A DNA stretch of 64,000 bases from a virus (taxonomy: Duplodnaviria > Caudoviricetes): IMG/VR virus record IMGVR_UViG_3300033487_000003, positions 18,900-82,899 of that record, one strand, 5' to 3'. Both the position numbers and the translations under genes were made by a program. Below, one piece after another: positions 28,308 through 39,100 of this stretch (position 1 is the first letter of the stretch; the number at the start of each line of letters is the position of its first letter). A model generated the notes under the pieces. That model was not told where the DNA came from and did no database searches. It saw nothing but the letters and a program-made list of their open reading frames with translations.

Positions 28308-31076
28308 ATGGCGCTCCCACCAGATATCAACGTTGTCACGATCACCGGAACGTACATTGGCGGAGACGCGGTAGCGGAATCAGGTTTCGTGACGTTCCTG
28401 CCCTCCGTCGACACGATCCGAGATCCCGCGAGCGACCAGGTTGTGAAACTGGCACCACAGCGGGCGGTGCTCGACGTGGCTGGACATTTCACGATCGATG
28501 TAATCGCTTCGGACGATCCGGACATCGTCCCGACTGGCTGGTACTACACCGTCACGGAGCGGGTCACCCGTCATGATCAACGTAGTTGGTTCATCCGGGT
28601 CCCATACACTTTGGTCAGTATCGATCTAGCGGACATTCCAGAAGTCACTGATCCCTCTGGCCCAACCTACCCAGCAATGACCTCTGCCGTTACCTCCGTC
28701 GTCGGACAGGTTGGCGACGTTACCGGAGCGGAGATCTTGGCCGATGCCACGGTGGCCGCAGCGTTCGCTACCAAGGCCGATGAGGCTGACCTCACTACCC
28801 TGGCTGGGGTTGTCGCTACCAAGGCCGATGAGGCTGACCTCACTACCCTGGCTGGGGTTGTCGCTACCAAGGCCGATACCAGCGCGCTCGCCACGTTGGT
28901 CCCGTACACCGGGGCTACGAATGACGTGGATCTTGGCACGCGCTCGCTGCGCTCCGATAACGTCGCCGTCAACGAGGGCACGTTGACCGATCCCACGGTC
29001 ACTGATCTTGGTGGATTGCAGGTATCGGTAACCTCCGTCGATTGCCTGATCCGCTCCGACACCACCTACGGAGACGACGGATGGCTGTACCGGGCAACCG
29101 TCCCCGCAGCGATTCTGCCTGTCGTGGACAACGCGGTTAACCACCTGTACGTCACCTATAACGCTGGTACACCGGTCTACGCGATGACGACTGACCGTAA
29201 TGTGTTGAACCTGTCGAATACGATCCCGACGTTCCGTCTTCTGGTACAGGGCGGTGCGGTCACCGCGATGCTGCCGTTCGGTTTCATGGGGCGTTCGGCT
29301 GGTATTCGGTGGCTCTTGCGTGAAGTTCGGATCACCGATCCGGTGGGTGGGGTGCGCGAGTCCGGACTGGGGTTGAGCGAAACCGCGACCAGGGTTGTCA
29401 ACGTCGCTTCTGGTACAGCCTGGTTCGTTTTGAATCACCTCGTACTTCCTGCTGTCGCTCAGGGCGGTGCGGGCGTCTCGTCGTATCTGCTTCACCACGT
29501 GGCTGGGGTATGGACAGAAACTTCAATAACCCAGTACAACAATATGCAGTATGACAACGGTACAGATCTGGTCACGTTGACGAACAATCGGTATGCCGTG
29601 AACTGGGTGTATCGAAGTCTCGCCACGTCCGAAATCATCATCGTCTTGGGTGGTGGCGACTACTCGGCTAGCAGTGCCTTGACGTCAGCCGTTCCGACAA
29701 CCCCATCACACATCGACGAATTTTACTATCTGTGTGGGCGGATCATCGTCCAGAAAAACGCGAGCACTGCCTATAGCATCGAGAACACCGATACCGCGCA
29801 ATTCGCGTCCAGTGCTGTGACGTCCCACAACGATCTCGATGGGTTGCAGGGTGGGCAGATCGGGGAGTACTACCATCTGACAGCAGCCGAACACACGTCG
29901 ATCGGTACGATATCAACGGGGATGGTTCCGTATACCGGAGCTACCGGAAACGTCGATCTCGCCACGCACTCGCTGTATGCGGACAACGTGCCATTCACCG
30001 AGGGTGTGGTCACCGATCCGGTGATCACCGATGCGACCGGGGTCGCTGTGGCGATCACCTCCTGTGAGGTGCTCATCCGGTCGGATGACCTGTGGGGTGG
30101 CGACGAGCGGCTATACCGGATGACCGTACCGGCGGTGGCCAGTCTTGCCCTGACCGACAACACGGTGAACTATATCGATGTGATCTGGAATGGTGGATCA
30201 CCCATTTACGCGGCCACCACCGACAGATTCACCATCAACTTCTCCGATCGTATTCCAGTCGCACGGGTCGGCATGGAGTCCGGAAGCATCGAATACCAAC
30301 TGATGTACGGATACCTAGCAAAGGGATCAACGTCGAGGAACACTGACCGGGTGTTGAAGACCCGGGGCCGTGGTGGTATCGAACGCGAATCTGGACTGGG
30401 AATCAGCGAGTCCGCGACACGGGTCGTGAGTATCGGATCAGGTGCCGTGTGGTTCGGACTTCAAAGATTCTCTTTGAGTGCTGTGACGTCCGGAGTCGGA
30501 GGAACTGGTTTCCATCTGTGGTATCACTCGTCCGGTGTGTGGACGAATACGACGATCACCCAGTACAACAACACCCAGTACGACAACGGTACCAATCTAG
30601 CGACTCTCACCTCCAACAGATACGGCGTTAACTGGGTATACCGGAATCTCGTCACGGACGAAATCGACATCGTCCTGGGAATCGGGGACTACACCCTAGC
30701 TCAAGCTGAGGCGTCAACTCTCCCGTCCATTCCGGAAATGGTTGCCGCATTTTACGTTCTGTGTGGGCGGATCATCGTCCAGAAAAACGCGAGTACGGCG
30801 ACGACCATCGAAAACGTCTCAACGACCACGTTCAATACAGCCGCCGTATCGATCCACAACGACCTGTCCGGAATACAAGGTGGAACCACCGGCGAGTACT
30901 ACCACCTCACCAGCTCCCAACATGCCGCGTACGGAACCGCAACCGCACTGGCAGCTGGAACACCTGCGTCAAGTGCGGCAGCTGGAACACCTGGACAGGT
31001 TCTCTACGACACTAACTACATCTATGTCTGTGTTGCCCCAAATACCTGGCGACGTGCCACTTTGAACATTTTTTGA
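28308..31076 (+). CDS. large fibre-like structural protein with internal 342-aa duplication
   Basis: N-terminal adaptor-like domain, ATKAD coiled repeats, two ~342-aa beta-rich repeats each ending HNDL.G.QGG..GEYYHLT. Confidence 0.7.
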   Translation: MALPPDINVVTITGTYIGGDAVAESGFVTFLPSVDTIRDPASDQVVKLAPQRAVLDVAGHFTIDVIASDDPDIVPTGWYYTVTERVTRHDQRSWFIRVPYTLVSIDLADIPEVTDPSGPTYPAMTSAVTSVVGQVGDVTGAEILADATVAAAFATKADEADLTTLAGVVATKADEADLTTLAGVVATKADTSALATLVPYTGATNDVDLGTRSLRSDNVAVNEGTLTDPTVTDLGGLQVSVTSVDCLIRSDTTYGDDGWLYRATVPAAILPVVDNAVNHLYVTYNAGTPVYAMTTDRNVLNLSNTIPTFRLLVQGGAVTAMLPFGFMGRSAGIRWLLREVRITDPVGGVRESGLGLSETATRVVNVASGTAWFVLNHLVLPAVAQGGAGVSSYLLHHVAGVWTETSITQYNNMQYDNGTDLVTLTNNRYAVNWVYRSLATSEIIIVLGGGDYSASSALTSAVPTTPSHIDEFYYLCGRIIVQKNASTAYSIENTDTAQFASSAVTSHNDLDGLQGGQIGEYYHLTAAEHTSIGTISTGMVPYTGATGNVDLATHSLYADNVPFTEGVVTDPVITDATGVAVAITSCEVLIRSDDLWGGDERLYRMTVPAVASLALTDNTVNYIDVIWNGGSPIYAATTDRFTINFSDRIPVARVGMESGSIEYQLMYGYLAKGSTSRNTDRVLKTRGRGGIERESGLGISESATRVVSIGSGAVWFGLQRFSLSAVTSGVGGTGFHLWYHSSGVWTNTTITQYNNTQYDNGTNLATLTSNRYGVNWVYRNLVTDEIDIVLGIGDYTLAQAEASTLPSIPEMVAAFYVLCGRIIVQKNASTATTIENVSTTTFNTAAVSIHNDLSGIQGGTTGEYYHLTSSQHAAYGTATALAAGTPASSAAAGTPGQVLYDTNYIYVCVAPNTWRRATLNIF
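28765..28877 (+). repeat. identical 48-bp tandem repeat (about 2.4 copies)
   Basis: Unit encodes ATKADEADLTTLAGVV. Confidence 0.95.
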
Positions 31077-31085
31077 TGGAGAACC

Positions 31086-31502
31086 ATGACGATCAGACTT
31101 CCGATCGCATCCCGGAACGCAGCGGCTAACGCGGTCGTCGACTTGGTCGATGCCGGGGCCGGTTCCGGTCTGATTCGGCTCTATTCCGGATCCCAGCCGG
31201 CCAGCGCTGACCTTGCCGCCACCGGAACACTCCTAGCTATATTCACATGCAACGATTCGGCGTTCGGGCCGGCAGCGGGTGGGACGGCGACCCTCGTGGT
31301 TACCCCAGCACTGTCGGCGACCGGGGTCGCCGCTGGTAACGCCGGGTGGTTCCGGGTCGTCGACAGCACCGGAGCAACCGTGTTTGACGGATCTGTCACA
31401 GCAAGTGGTGGCGGCGGAGATCTGATCATGAGTACGGTCACGGTCAGCGTCGGTCTGGCACTGAATCTGACCGCTGGTACGACGACGATGCCGGCATCCT
31501 GA
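31086..31502 (+). CDS. conserved virion-region protein
   Basis: IRLYSGSQP, AGNAGWFRVVD, DGSV..SGGGGDL. Confidence 0.65.
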   Translation: MTIRLPIASRNAAANAVVDLVDAGAGSGLIRLYSGSQPASADLAATGTLLAIFTCNDSAFGPAAGGTATLVVTPALSATGVAAGNAGWFRVVDSTGATVFDGSVTASGGGGDLIMSTVTVSVGLALNLTAGTTTMPAS

Positions 31503-31702
31503 TGGCAACAGACTGCCAGCTTGCCGCGAACCTACCAGCCGTGGATCTAGCGCTTACGGAATCGAGTTCGGCAACCGGAGCGGTCACCGCGTCCCTGCCC
31601 GATCTCGCAGCACACATCACGGTAGGGGCGGTAACCCCACCACCGGCGATGGTGGCGACAGCGGCGACGCGGGACCTGCTCGCCACCGCCACGGTTGTCT
31701 GA
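31502..31702 (+). CDS. hypothetical protein
   Basis: TGATG coupling. Confidence 0.5.
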   Translation: MATDCQLAANLPAVDLALTESSSATGAVTASLPDLAAHITVGAVTPPPAMVATAATRDLLATATVV

Positions 31703-31711
31703 GGAGAAGCG

Positions 31712-32062
31712 ATGCCATCCAACGTCCTGCTAACCCTACGGCAGAGCAACGACGAGATCATCGACGTGGTGATCACACCAAACTCGGCGCTCGACGATCT
31801 GTCCCTGGTCACCCAGCTGGTAGCTGTGCTGAAGCCGGATCAGTGCACGACGGACACCGACGCGTCCACGCTGACATTGACGAGTAATGATCCAACGCAG
31901 ATCGTGATCACGGCGCAAACCGCCCTGTCGATCTCCGCGACGGTGTACGTGCCCGCGTCAGCGCTACTGGTGCCCTATAACCGCTGGTGGCGGCTGGACG
32001 CGTACGTGGGGACGTTGAAACGGACCGCTCTGTATGGTCTGGTCACCCTGATCGACCTCTAG
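31712..32062 (+). CDS. hypothetical structural protein
   Basis: AGGAG RBS; beta-rich. Confidence 0.6.
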   Translation: MPSNVLLTLRQSNDEIIDVVITPNSALDDLSLVTQLVAVLKPDQCTTDTDASTLTLTSNDPTQIVITAQTALSISATVYVPASALLVPYNRWWRLDAYVGTLKRTALYGLVTLIDL

Positions 32063-32075
32063 GAAAAGGGCAACG

Positions 32076-32864
32076 ATGGTATCTCCGTGCGGATGGACGG
32101 TCACGAAGTGTGGATGTGGGACCTGTTGGGATACCTATACCCCGCAGGTCAAGGCCACGGCGAGCGCCCTGGCAACGATGGTGATGTGGGCGGCGACCGG
32201 ACGTCAGTTCGGCAGGTGCCAGATCACGGTACAGCCCTGTACCCGACGGGAGCTGATCCCCGAGTACCAGACCTATCCGGTTGCGGCTGAGGGGTTCATG
32301 TCCGGGCCGTACATCTCAGGTGGGGTTTGGCACAACGACTGCCCAGGGTTGGACGAATCGACCTGTCCGTGTTCGGTCGACGGGTCCTGTTCGGTGCTGC
32401 TGTCCGGAACAACCACCACGGCGGGCATCGTCGCGATCACGATTGGTGGGGTGCTGCTTCCGGCCGGATCGTACGTGATCATCAATGGCAACACGCTGGT
32501 GCGTACTGATGGTCAGTGCTGGCCTTCGTGCCCGTCCCTGACCAGTCAGACGATCCCGGATTTTGAGGTCACCTACCTGGTGGGGTTGCCGATTCCCGAA
32601 GCTGTCCAGGCCGCCACGGAGCGGCTCGCGTGCGAATTTGCAAAAGCCTGCAAGGGTGGGCCGTGCGTGCTCCCCCAGGCGCTGAAGTCTTTGACCAGAC
32701 AGGGCGTCGAGGTGGAGATTGCCAGTCTCCCGGAGGACCCGAACCTGATCCGTACCGGAATCAGGGAGGTCGACCTGGTGATCGTGGCGATGAACCCCAA
32801 CGGACTGATGCAGCGACCGACGGTCCTGAGTCTGGACCTGTCGATGCCGAGGAGAGTCACCTGA
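32076..32864 (+). CDS. head-to-tail adaptor
   Basis: LWAATGRQFGRC.ITV.PC pattern, RLACEFAKAC, TRQGVEV, TGIREVD. Confidence 0.75.
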   Translation: MVSPCGWTVTKCGCGTCWDTYTPQVKATASALATMVMWAATGRQFGRCQITVQPCTRRELIPEYQTYPVAAEGFMSGPYISGGVWHNDCPGLDESTCPCSVDGSCSVLLSGTTTTAGIVAITIGGVLLPAGSYVIINGNTLVRTDGQCWPSCPSLTSQTIPDFEVTYLVGLPIPEAVQAATERLACEFAKACKGGPCVLPQALKSLTRQGVEVEIASLPEDPNLIRTGIREVDLVIVAMNPNGLMQRPTVLSLDLSMPRRVT

Positions 32865-33412
32865 TGACGACGCCGTTGTATGACCTGGTGGTCGCCCCGG
32901 TGGTGGCTGATCTACTTGCGTGTCTGACGGTTGAGATGGGGAAGACTCCGCAGCCTCCGGCGAGCGTGTGTGTGCGGATCGGTAACCGGGTGGACCTTCT
33001 GCTGTCGGAGATCTATGACGAGTGCTGCGTGGGGTTGGCGTGGGTGCGGTTGGTCCGACAGTATCCGTCTCGCTCTTTTCCCGATCCTGACGAGACGGCC
33101 TCTCCCTGTTCGGTCTCCAGGTGGGCGCTGGTATTGGAGCTGGGGGTGGCGCGGTGTGCCCCGACGGGGGACGCGGGGACCATTCCGACATGTGAGGACT
33201 GGACGGCGGCGGCGGTCACCCACTACGCGGATCTTGCCGCGTTACGGCGAACGGTGTGCTGCTACGAGAAAGCGCACCATCCGGACCGGAAGGTCGTGAT
33301 CTCCGATGCGGTTCCCCAGACGGTCGAGGGTGGTTGTACGTCCGTGACGATGCAGGTCACGATATCGGCGTTGGCATGTGATCCGGTGTGTAGGGAGAGT
33401 CCTGGTGGGTAG
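32864..33412 (+). CDS. tail completion/terminator-like protein
   Basis: TGATG coupling; CC.GLAWVR, ELGVARC, GGC. Confidence 0.65.
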   Translation: MTTPLYDLVVAPVVADLLACLTVEMGKTPQPPASVCVRIGNRVDLLLSEIYDECCVGLAWVRLVRQYPSRSFPDPDETASPCSVSRWALVLELGVARCAPTGDAGTIPTCEDWTAAAVTHYADLAALRRTVCCYEKAHHPDRKVVISDAVPQTVEGGCTSVTMQVTISALACDPVCRESPGG

Positions 33413-33659
33413 AAAACAACGTGGCGTTGCGGTAGATGTTCCGGTGCCAGTGGTGACGGGGGAACCGGGTGCCGTGGTCGATGCGAGGGTGGTCGAGTCG
33501 CCCCGGGTTGATCGAGTGTGGGTACGGGTCGAGGTAGCTCACGATGGCCTGTACGCGGGGCAGGTGTACGAAATGGTGCTGTCGCAGCGAGTTCAGGCGC
33601 TGATCAGGGCCGGATATTTGGAGATTGTGGTACCTCCGGATGGTGTCTGGCCAGTCTGA
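33405..33659 (+). CDS. hypothetical protein
   Basis: AGGGAG RBS before GTG 33405. Confidence 0.55.
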   Translation: MGRKQRGVAVDVPVPVVTGEPGAVVDARVVESPRVDRVWVRVEVAHDGLYAGQVYEMVLSQRVQALIRAGYLEIVVPPDGVWPV

Positions 33660-33670
33660 TAGGTGGTGTC

Positions 33671-34159
33671 GTGGCTGATCTGTTTGTGATCAAGTTTACG
33701 AAGGTCACGATCACGGTTGATCGACCTGCGGCGACCAGGGTCGCACGGGACGAGGGCGTTCGCCGGGTGACGACGTTCTGCCGACGGACACAGAACCAGT
33801 CGATCATCGACTGTCCGGTGGACACGGGGAACTTGCGTGGTCATCATCGAATGCGGGTCAAGACGATGGCGACAAAGGTCGTTGGTGAGGTCTACAACGA
33901 TGCCGAGTACGCGGCGGCGGTCCACGATGGCAGCAAACCTCATGTGATCGTCGGACGCAGGATGCGTAAGCCGACGAGGAAGCGTAAGTACCGGGGTGTG
34001 AAGACTTTGCGTTTCACGATCGGGGGGATGGTGATCTACCGGCGACGCGTCAATCATCCGGGTAGCAAGGGGCGGCCGTGGCTTCGGGAGGCTGCTAAGA
34101 AGATCGCTCAGTCGGAGGGGTTTGACTGGAGTTCTGGATCCGCTGGTGAGGCCGCGTAA
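33671..34159 (+). CDS. HK97 gp10-like tail component
   Basis: CPVDTGNLR, YAAAVHDG, VNHPGSKGRPWL. Confidence 0.85.
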   Translation: MADLFVIKFTKVTITVDRPAATRVARDEGVRRVTTFCRRTQNQSIIDCPVDTGNLRGHHRMRVKTMATKVVGEVYNDAEYAAAVHDGSKPHVIVGRRMRKPTRKRKYRGVKTLRFTIGGMVIYRRRVNHPGSKGRPWLREAAKKIAQSEGFDWSSGSAGEAA

Positions 34160-34200
34160 GGTTTGATCATCGTATCGGACACGGAGGAAGTGAGGACGCG

Positions 34201-34758
34201 ATGACATCACCGAAACGGACCGCATCGGGGCATGCCACGGGTGCCAAGGGTGCCACGCGGAAAGTGACAGCTGTGCCAGCGGACGGTGTACCGGACACGG
34301 ACGAGATTGCTGTGGTCGGTGAGGGTCCGTCTGTGGGTGAGACTCAGCAGGGCGGGAAAGAACGGCCGGCGGGGATGGTCACAGCCGATGGGCAGAAGCT
34401 GAAGACTGATCATGTGACGTTCAGGGGTCGCACGATGGTCGTGGGTGTTCCGGACGAGGTGCAGTTGTCGATCATGCAGCGGTTCTCTGATCAGTACTCG
34501 GCTATGGCGGACAGCAAGATGGTCGACGCTAAGGTCGCCGTTCGGATGTCCGGGAGGGCGATATCGATCATCCAGTCCGTCCTGACTGACGAGGATGACA
34601 AGGCGTGGGTAGAGGACGCCCTGCTCCGTAAGGATTTCGAGATCATGGACGCGCTGTGGATCGTCGAGGAAGCCATGGCACGGCTCAAGGTCGCGAATGC
34701 GCCGAACCGCGAGGGACGGCGTGCGGCAGGAAAGAAATCCCGCCTTGTGACCAGTTGA
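34201..34758 (+). CDS. putative tail assembly chaperone
   Basis: Position between gp10-like gene and tape measure. Confidence 0.6.
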   Translation: MTSPKRTASGHATGAKGATRKVTAVPADGVPDTDEIAVVGEGPSVGETQQGGKERPAGMVTADGQKLKTDHVTFRGRTMVVGVPDEVQLSIMQRFSDQYSAMADSKMVDAKVAVRMSGRAISIIQSVLTDEDDKAWVEDALLRKDFEIMDALWIVEEAMARLKVANAPNREGRRAAGKKSRLVTS

Positions 34759-34759
34759 G

Positions 34760-35296
34760 GTGAAGGACTCAGATGGTCTGGCTGCACTTCGGTGCTGGCC
34801 GGTCGAGGTGGAGCTGGCCGGACGGTCCTATCGTATTTCGGGTCGTCCGGCCATAGATTGGATCTTGAAGTTAGCTTACGAGAACTGGCTGGGAATCGTC
34901 CCCGGGATGGTCGAGGGTGACGAGATCGACGACATGATCGAGAGCGGGGATATTTCTCTCAGGGCGCTGGTGGCAGCGGGGAGGGACGCTACGGCGACGG
35001 CTACGGGTATGCCGTGGTGGGCTGCCTGCCGGTTAGTTAAGGCAACGGTAAGTGATGTCGAGTTGGTTGGCGCGCTGGTGCTGGCTGGGGTCGACGTCGA
35101 GCGCGTGTCGATCGGGGCCTACGTCGCTGCTACGTACCGGCTGATGATGGACGGTCGGGACAAGAAGCAGCGGGCGTCTCTGGACGCGGACATCACTAAG
35201 GTTCCGAAGGGGATCCGGACTGAGGAGTTGTACGACTCGCAGAAGGCGGGTCAGCAGTTCGAGAGGGCGTTTGCCAGGCAGCGCACGCCACAGTAA
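34760..35296 (+). CDS. putative second tail assembly chaperone
   Basis: Adjacent to first chaperone. Confidence 0.55.
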   Translation: MKDSDGLAALRCWPVEVELAGRSYRISGRPAIDWILKLAYENWLGIVPGMVEGDEIDDMIESGDISLRALVAAGRDATATATGMPWWAACRLVKATVSDVELVGALVLAGVDVERVSIGAYVAATYRLMMDGRDKKQRASLDADITKVPKGIRTEELYDSQKAGQQFERAFARQRTPQ

Positions 35297-35357
35297 CGGA
35301 CCTGATTTGGGGGAGATGGGATACACATGGTGATGCCACACCATTTGACGACGCGGA

Positions 35358-35657
35358 GTGATGATGAGCAGAAAGCACAAGGACGGCGACGAGGTACCGG
35401 TGGAGATCGTCCACGCGAACAACAGATCACGATTTTCCATCATCGGTGGGGTGATCTGCGCCATCGTCGTAGTGGTTTTTGAGATCGTTGGCGCCGATTT
35501 ATGGTCAATCACGGTTGTTTCGGTAACGGCGATAGGCCAATTTGGTCGAGCCTTGTGGCATCAGGGGTACTCGACCGGCTATCGGGGTGGTCTGTCGTCG
35601 ACCTACCGTGTCGAGCCGCTCGGGCAAGCCACCGATACGCGGTGGGACGTTTCGTGA
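35358..35657 (+). CDS. small membrane protein
   Basis: Two hydrophobic segments. Confidence 0.5.
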   Translation: MMMSRKHKDGDEVPVEIVHANNRSRFSIIGGVICAIVVVVFEIVGADLWSITVVSVTAIGQFGRALWHQGYSTGYRGGLSSTYRVEPLGQATDTRWDVS

Positions 35658-36060
35658 CACCCCACAGATCGGCTATGGCGGTAGCTGGCCCACCAGGACG
35701 GTTCGTGTTTGTCGCCCAGGTAGCGACCGACAGCACGTGATCCCAGTGGTTGTCCGGCCAGCTGCGTGACCCGGAAGGTTTCAGGCTCGCGGCGGCCGTC
35801 CACCACACCTCGTCAGGGGTGATGGTCTGGACGGCCGCCGCGAGTCGTTGTATCTGGGGTAGGGGGAGACGAGATAGGGCCGCTTGGTTGATCCGGCCGG
35901 TTGGATGTCTGGTCGTGATGGTCAGTTGACTGATCCGGTGGTGCTCGTCGAGGCGGATCGTGACGAGCAGGGGTGATCCTGGATCGTCGATGGTGATCGC
36001 TCCCTGGTCGCCGATGGTTACTTGGGCGTCTTCTGGGTTGAGGAGTGTCATCATCACCAT
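35509..36060 (-). CDS. DUF6214-like protein with C-terminal HTH, antisense within tail operon
   Basis: PATAIADLWGVTKRPTAYRWLARA; own promoter TTAAGA-N17-TATGAT-N6-ATG. Confidence 0.65.
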   Translation of the reverse strand: MVMMTLLNPEDAQVTIGDQGAITIDDPGSPLLVTIRLDEHHRISQLTITTRHPTGRINQAALSRLPLPQIQRLAAAVQTITPDEVWWTAAASLKPSGSRSWPDNHWDHVLSVATWATNTNRPGGPATAIADLWGVTKRPTAYRWLARAARHGRSTTDHPDSRSSTPDATRLDQIGLSPLPKQP

Positions 36061-36115
36061 GGGATGATCATATTCTGACGTTGGATTGATCTTAACCACC
36101 AATCATGATCATGAT
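36061..36115. promoter_or_regulatory. overlapping divergent leaderless promoters
   Basis: + strand TTGGAT(36081)-N17-CATGAT-N6-ATG 36116; - strand TTAAGA(36095)-N17-TATGAT-N6-ATG 36060. Confidence 0.65.
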
Positions 36116-39100
36116 ATGGCGAAGACCGGTGAAGCCTCGATCCTGGCCGTAGCGGATGTCAGTAAATTCGCCGCCCAACTCCAAAAAGACCTAAACTCCG
36201 CCATAGCGGGCATAAAGCTCAACGCTGACAACCTAGGCAAGCAAATCAGCCAGGGCGTCAAAGAAGGCGTCGACCAGGCGAACACCGAACTCCGCCGTCT
36301 GGGCGATCAGTCTGGCCAGACCACCAACATCATCACTGCCAACTCGACTCGCGCCGGACAGAGCATGGCCGCCGCGTTCAGCCGCGTCGGATCTGAGATG
36401 AGCGGCATCGGCGAGCAGATGTCGATGTTCGTGTCGTTGCCCCTGGCTGCCGCTGGCGCAGCGTCGGCGAGAGCGGCCGGAAATTTTGAACAGATGATGA
36501 ACCGGGTCAAGGCCGCCACAGAGGCGACCGGGCCGGTGTTCGAGCAGCTACGACAGCAGGCAATCGATCTGGGTGCCACCACCGCGTTCTCGGCGACTGA
36601 AGCCGCTGGTGCTATGCAGATCCTGGCAACTGCCGGATTCAACACCACGCAGATCATGGAAGCCGTACCCGCCGTCCTCGACATGGCAGCCGCCGGAGCG
36701 GTCGACCTCGCAACGGCTGCCGAGATCGGCTCGGACATCCTCAACGGTTTTGGTTTCGAGGCCAAGGACCTGAGCAAGGTCAACGACGTGCTGGCGCGCA
36801 CGTTCATGGCGACCGCGACGAATCTCGTCGACCTGGGAAACAGCTTCAAGTACGTCGGTCCGATCGCTAAGGGCGTCGGATTGTCGTTCGAGGAAACCTC
36901 GGCGGCTATCGGATTGATGGGCAACGCGGGCATCAAGGGCGACATGGCGGGCACCGCCCTACGGGGAGCGCTTTCTCGGCTCATGTCCCCGACGAAGGAC
37001 GTCACCGAGGTGTTGACGAAATTAGGCATCTCACTTACCGACTCCAGTGGGAAGATGCTGCCGCTCGTCGACATCATGAGACGCCTGGAAAACTCTGGGG
37101 CGTCCACTGCCGACATGCTGAAGCTCTTCGGCCAGGAAGCCGGTCCGGGCATGATGGCCCTGCTGACGCAGGGATCCGGAGCGTTGGCGAATCTGACGAC
37201 GCAGCTGCGAAATTCTGGTGGTACGGCTGACAAGGTAGCGAAGACCCAGATGCAGGGGCTGAATGCCCAGCTGGACAACCTGTCGGGTGCTGTGGAAACC
37301 CTGATGATCGCGATCGGCGATGCTGGTCTGCTCGCGGTACTGACACGGGTAGCAACCAAGATGACAGATCTTGTCGGGTCGATGGCACAGACCTCTCCGG
37401 TCGTCTTGAATGTCGTGACGGTTATCGGCGCGTTACTGGCCGCTGCGGGTCCCTTGCTGTTCATCACGGGGAAGATCGCCGAGGCGATCGGGTTCCTCCT
37501 TCCGTGGATCAAGAAGTTTGGTACGGCTTTCAAGGCGTTCGGCACGGGAGCAATGGCATTCTTCGCGACGCCGGCTGGGTGGGTGGTGCTGGCAATCGCG
37601 GCGATCGTGGCCGCGATGGTGATCGCCTACAAGTACTCCGACAAGTTCCGGGCGTTCGCGCAGCGTGCTTTCGTGGCGGTTGGGAACGCGGGTAAGTGGC
37701 TCTGGGAGAGCGCGTTGCAGCCGGCGTTCAAGGGCATCGTCAAGGGAATGCAGCTGTTACGGCAGAGAGTCGGGCAGCTGTGGACCGTGGTGCGTCCGAT
37801 CTTCACGGGTCTTGGGCGGGTACTCATGGCTGCGTGGAGTGGGCAGATCCGGCCGGTGTTGCAGGGTTGGGCGGCTGGGTTCGTGTCTGCGGGAGCGAGG
37901 ATCAGGGCGTTCTGGATTAGTTCGGTGGTACCAGCGATCGGGGCGATTGTCGGCTGGTTCCGCGTGTTGGCAAATGTGATCCGTACCTGGTGGGCGGGGA
38001 ACGGTGATGCTGTTTTCAGTGCTGCCCGGGGTGTGATGACCCAGGTCGGCGGGATGATCGCGACGATATGGTCGGGTGTGATAGCCGTTTTTCGGGCGGT
38101 TGGGGCGGTTGTCGGCTGGGTATTCACAAATGTGGTTATTCCGGTCGTGAAGGCCGTAATCGCTGTGATCAAACTCTTAATCGATGTGATCATCGCCTTG
38201 AAGCCGGTGTGGATCATCATCGGTGCGGTCATCGCCGTAGCCGTTGGTGTGATCATCGCGGTGGTGCGGGTTCTCTGGGCGGCATTCGTGTGGGCGTTCA
38301 ACGCGATAGCGGCCGTCGTTCAGTGGCTGTGGGGATCGGTGATCAAACCGGTGTTCTCACTTCTTGGCGTGCTGATCCAGGGCGTGGCGGCTGTGATCCA
38401 GTGGCTGTGGACGTCGGTGATATCGCCAGTCGTGATGTTGATCGCGACCGCGATCGGCGTGCTCGGGTCGGTGCTGATCTGGTTGTGGAGCAACGTCGTG
38501 GTACCGGTCTGGAATGCGATCGGCGCCGTGATCTCGTTCGTGTGGACCTCGATCATCATGCCGGTCTTCAACGCGCTGAGGACGGCGGTCGGCGCGGTGG
38601 TCGCCGTGTTCCAGTGGTTGTGGAATACGTTCTCACCGGTGTTCGCGGCGATCGGGAATCTCATGTGGACTATCTGGTCAGGGATCATCTCGATTGTGTT
38701 CGACCTGATCAAGGTGGGGTTCGCCGTGATCTGGGGCGTGATTCAGGTCTGGTGGACGGGTTTCAAGATGGTGCTCAACGCTCTCGGCGCGGTGTTCACC
38801 TGGTTGTGGGGTGTGATCAGTCCGGTGTTCGCGGCGATCGGCGCGGTGTTCGTCTGGTTGTGGAATGTCGCGAAGATGGCGATAGATGGTGTTGGTATGA
38901 CGTTTGCCTGGCTGTGGGGAGTCGTCTCTCCGGTGATCAGCATGATTAGTAGTGCGTTGTCGTGGTTGTGGGGCGTGATTGTAACGATCTTCAACGCTGT
39001 CGTGATGTTCGTTCGCTCGGCGATCACCCAGATTGTTACTGCGGCAAATGGGGTGACCGCATTTGTCAATGCGATATCTGGACACTTCCAGGCGGTTGTC

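Noticed and set aside
34201-35296. Programmed -1 frameshift joining the two tail chaperones
   Set aside because: The second ORF is in the +1 frame, has a TGA at 34748-34750 just upstream, and no canonical slippery heptamer is present; treated as two genes.
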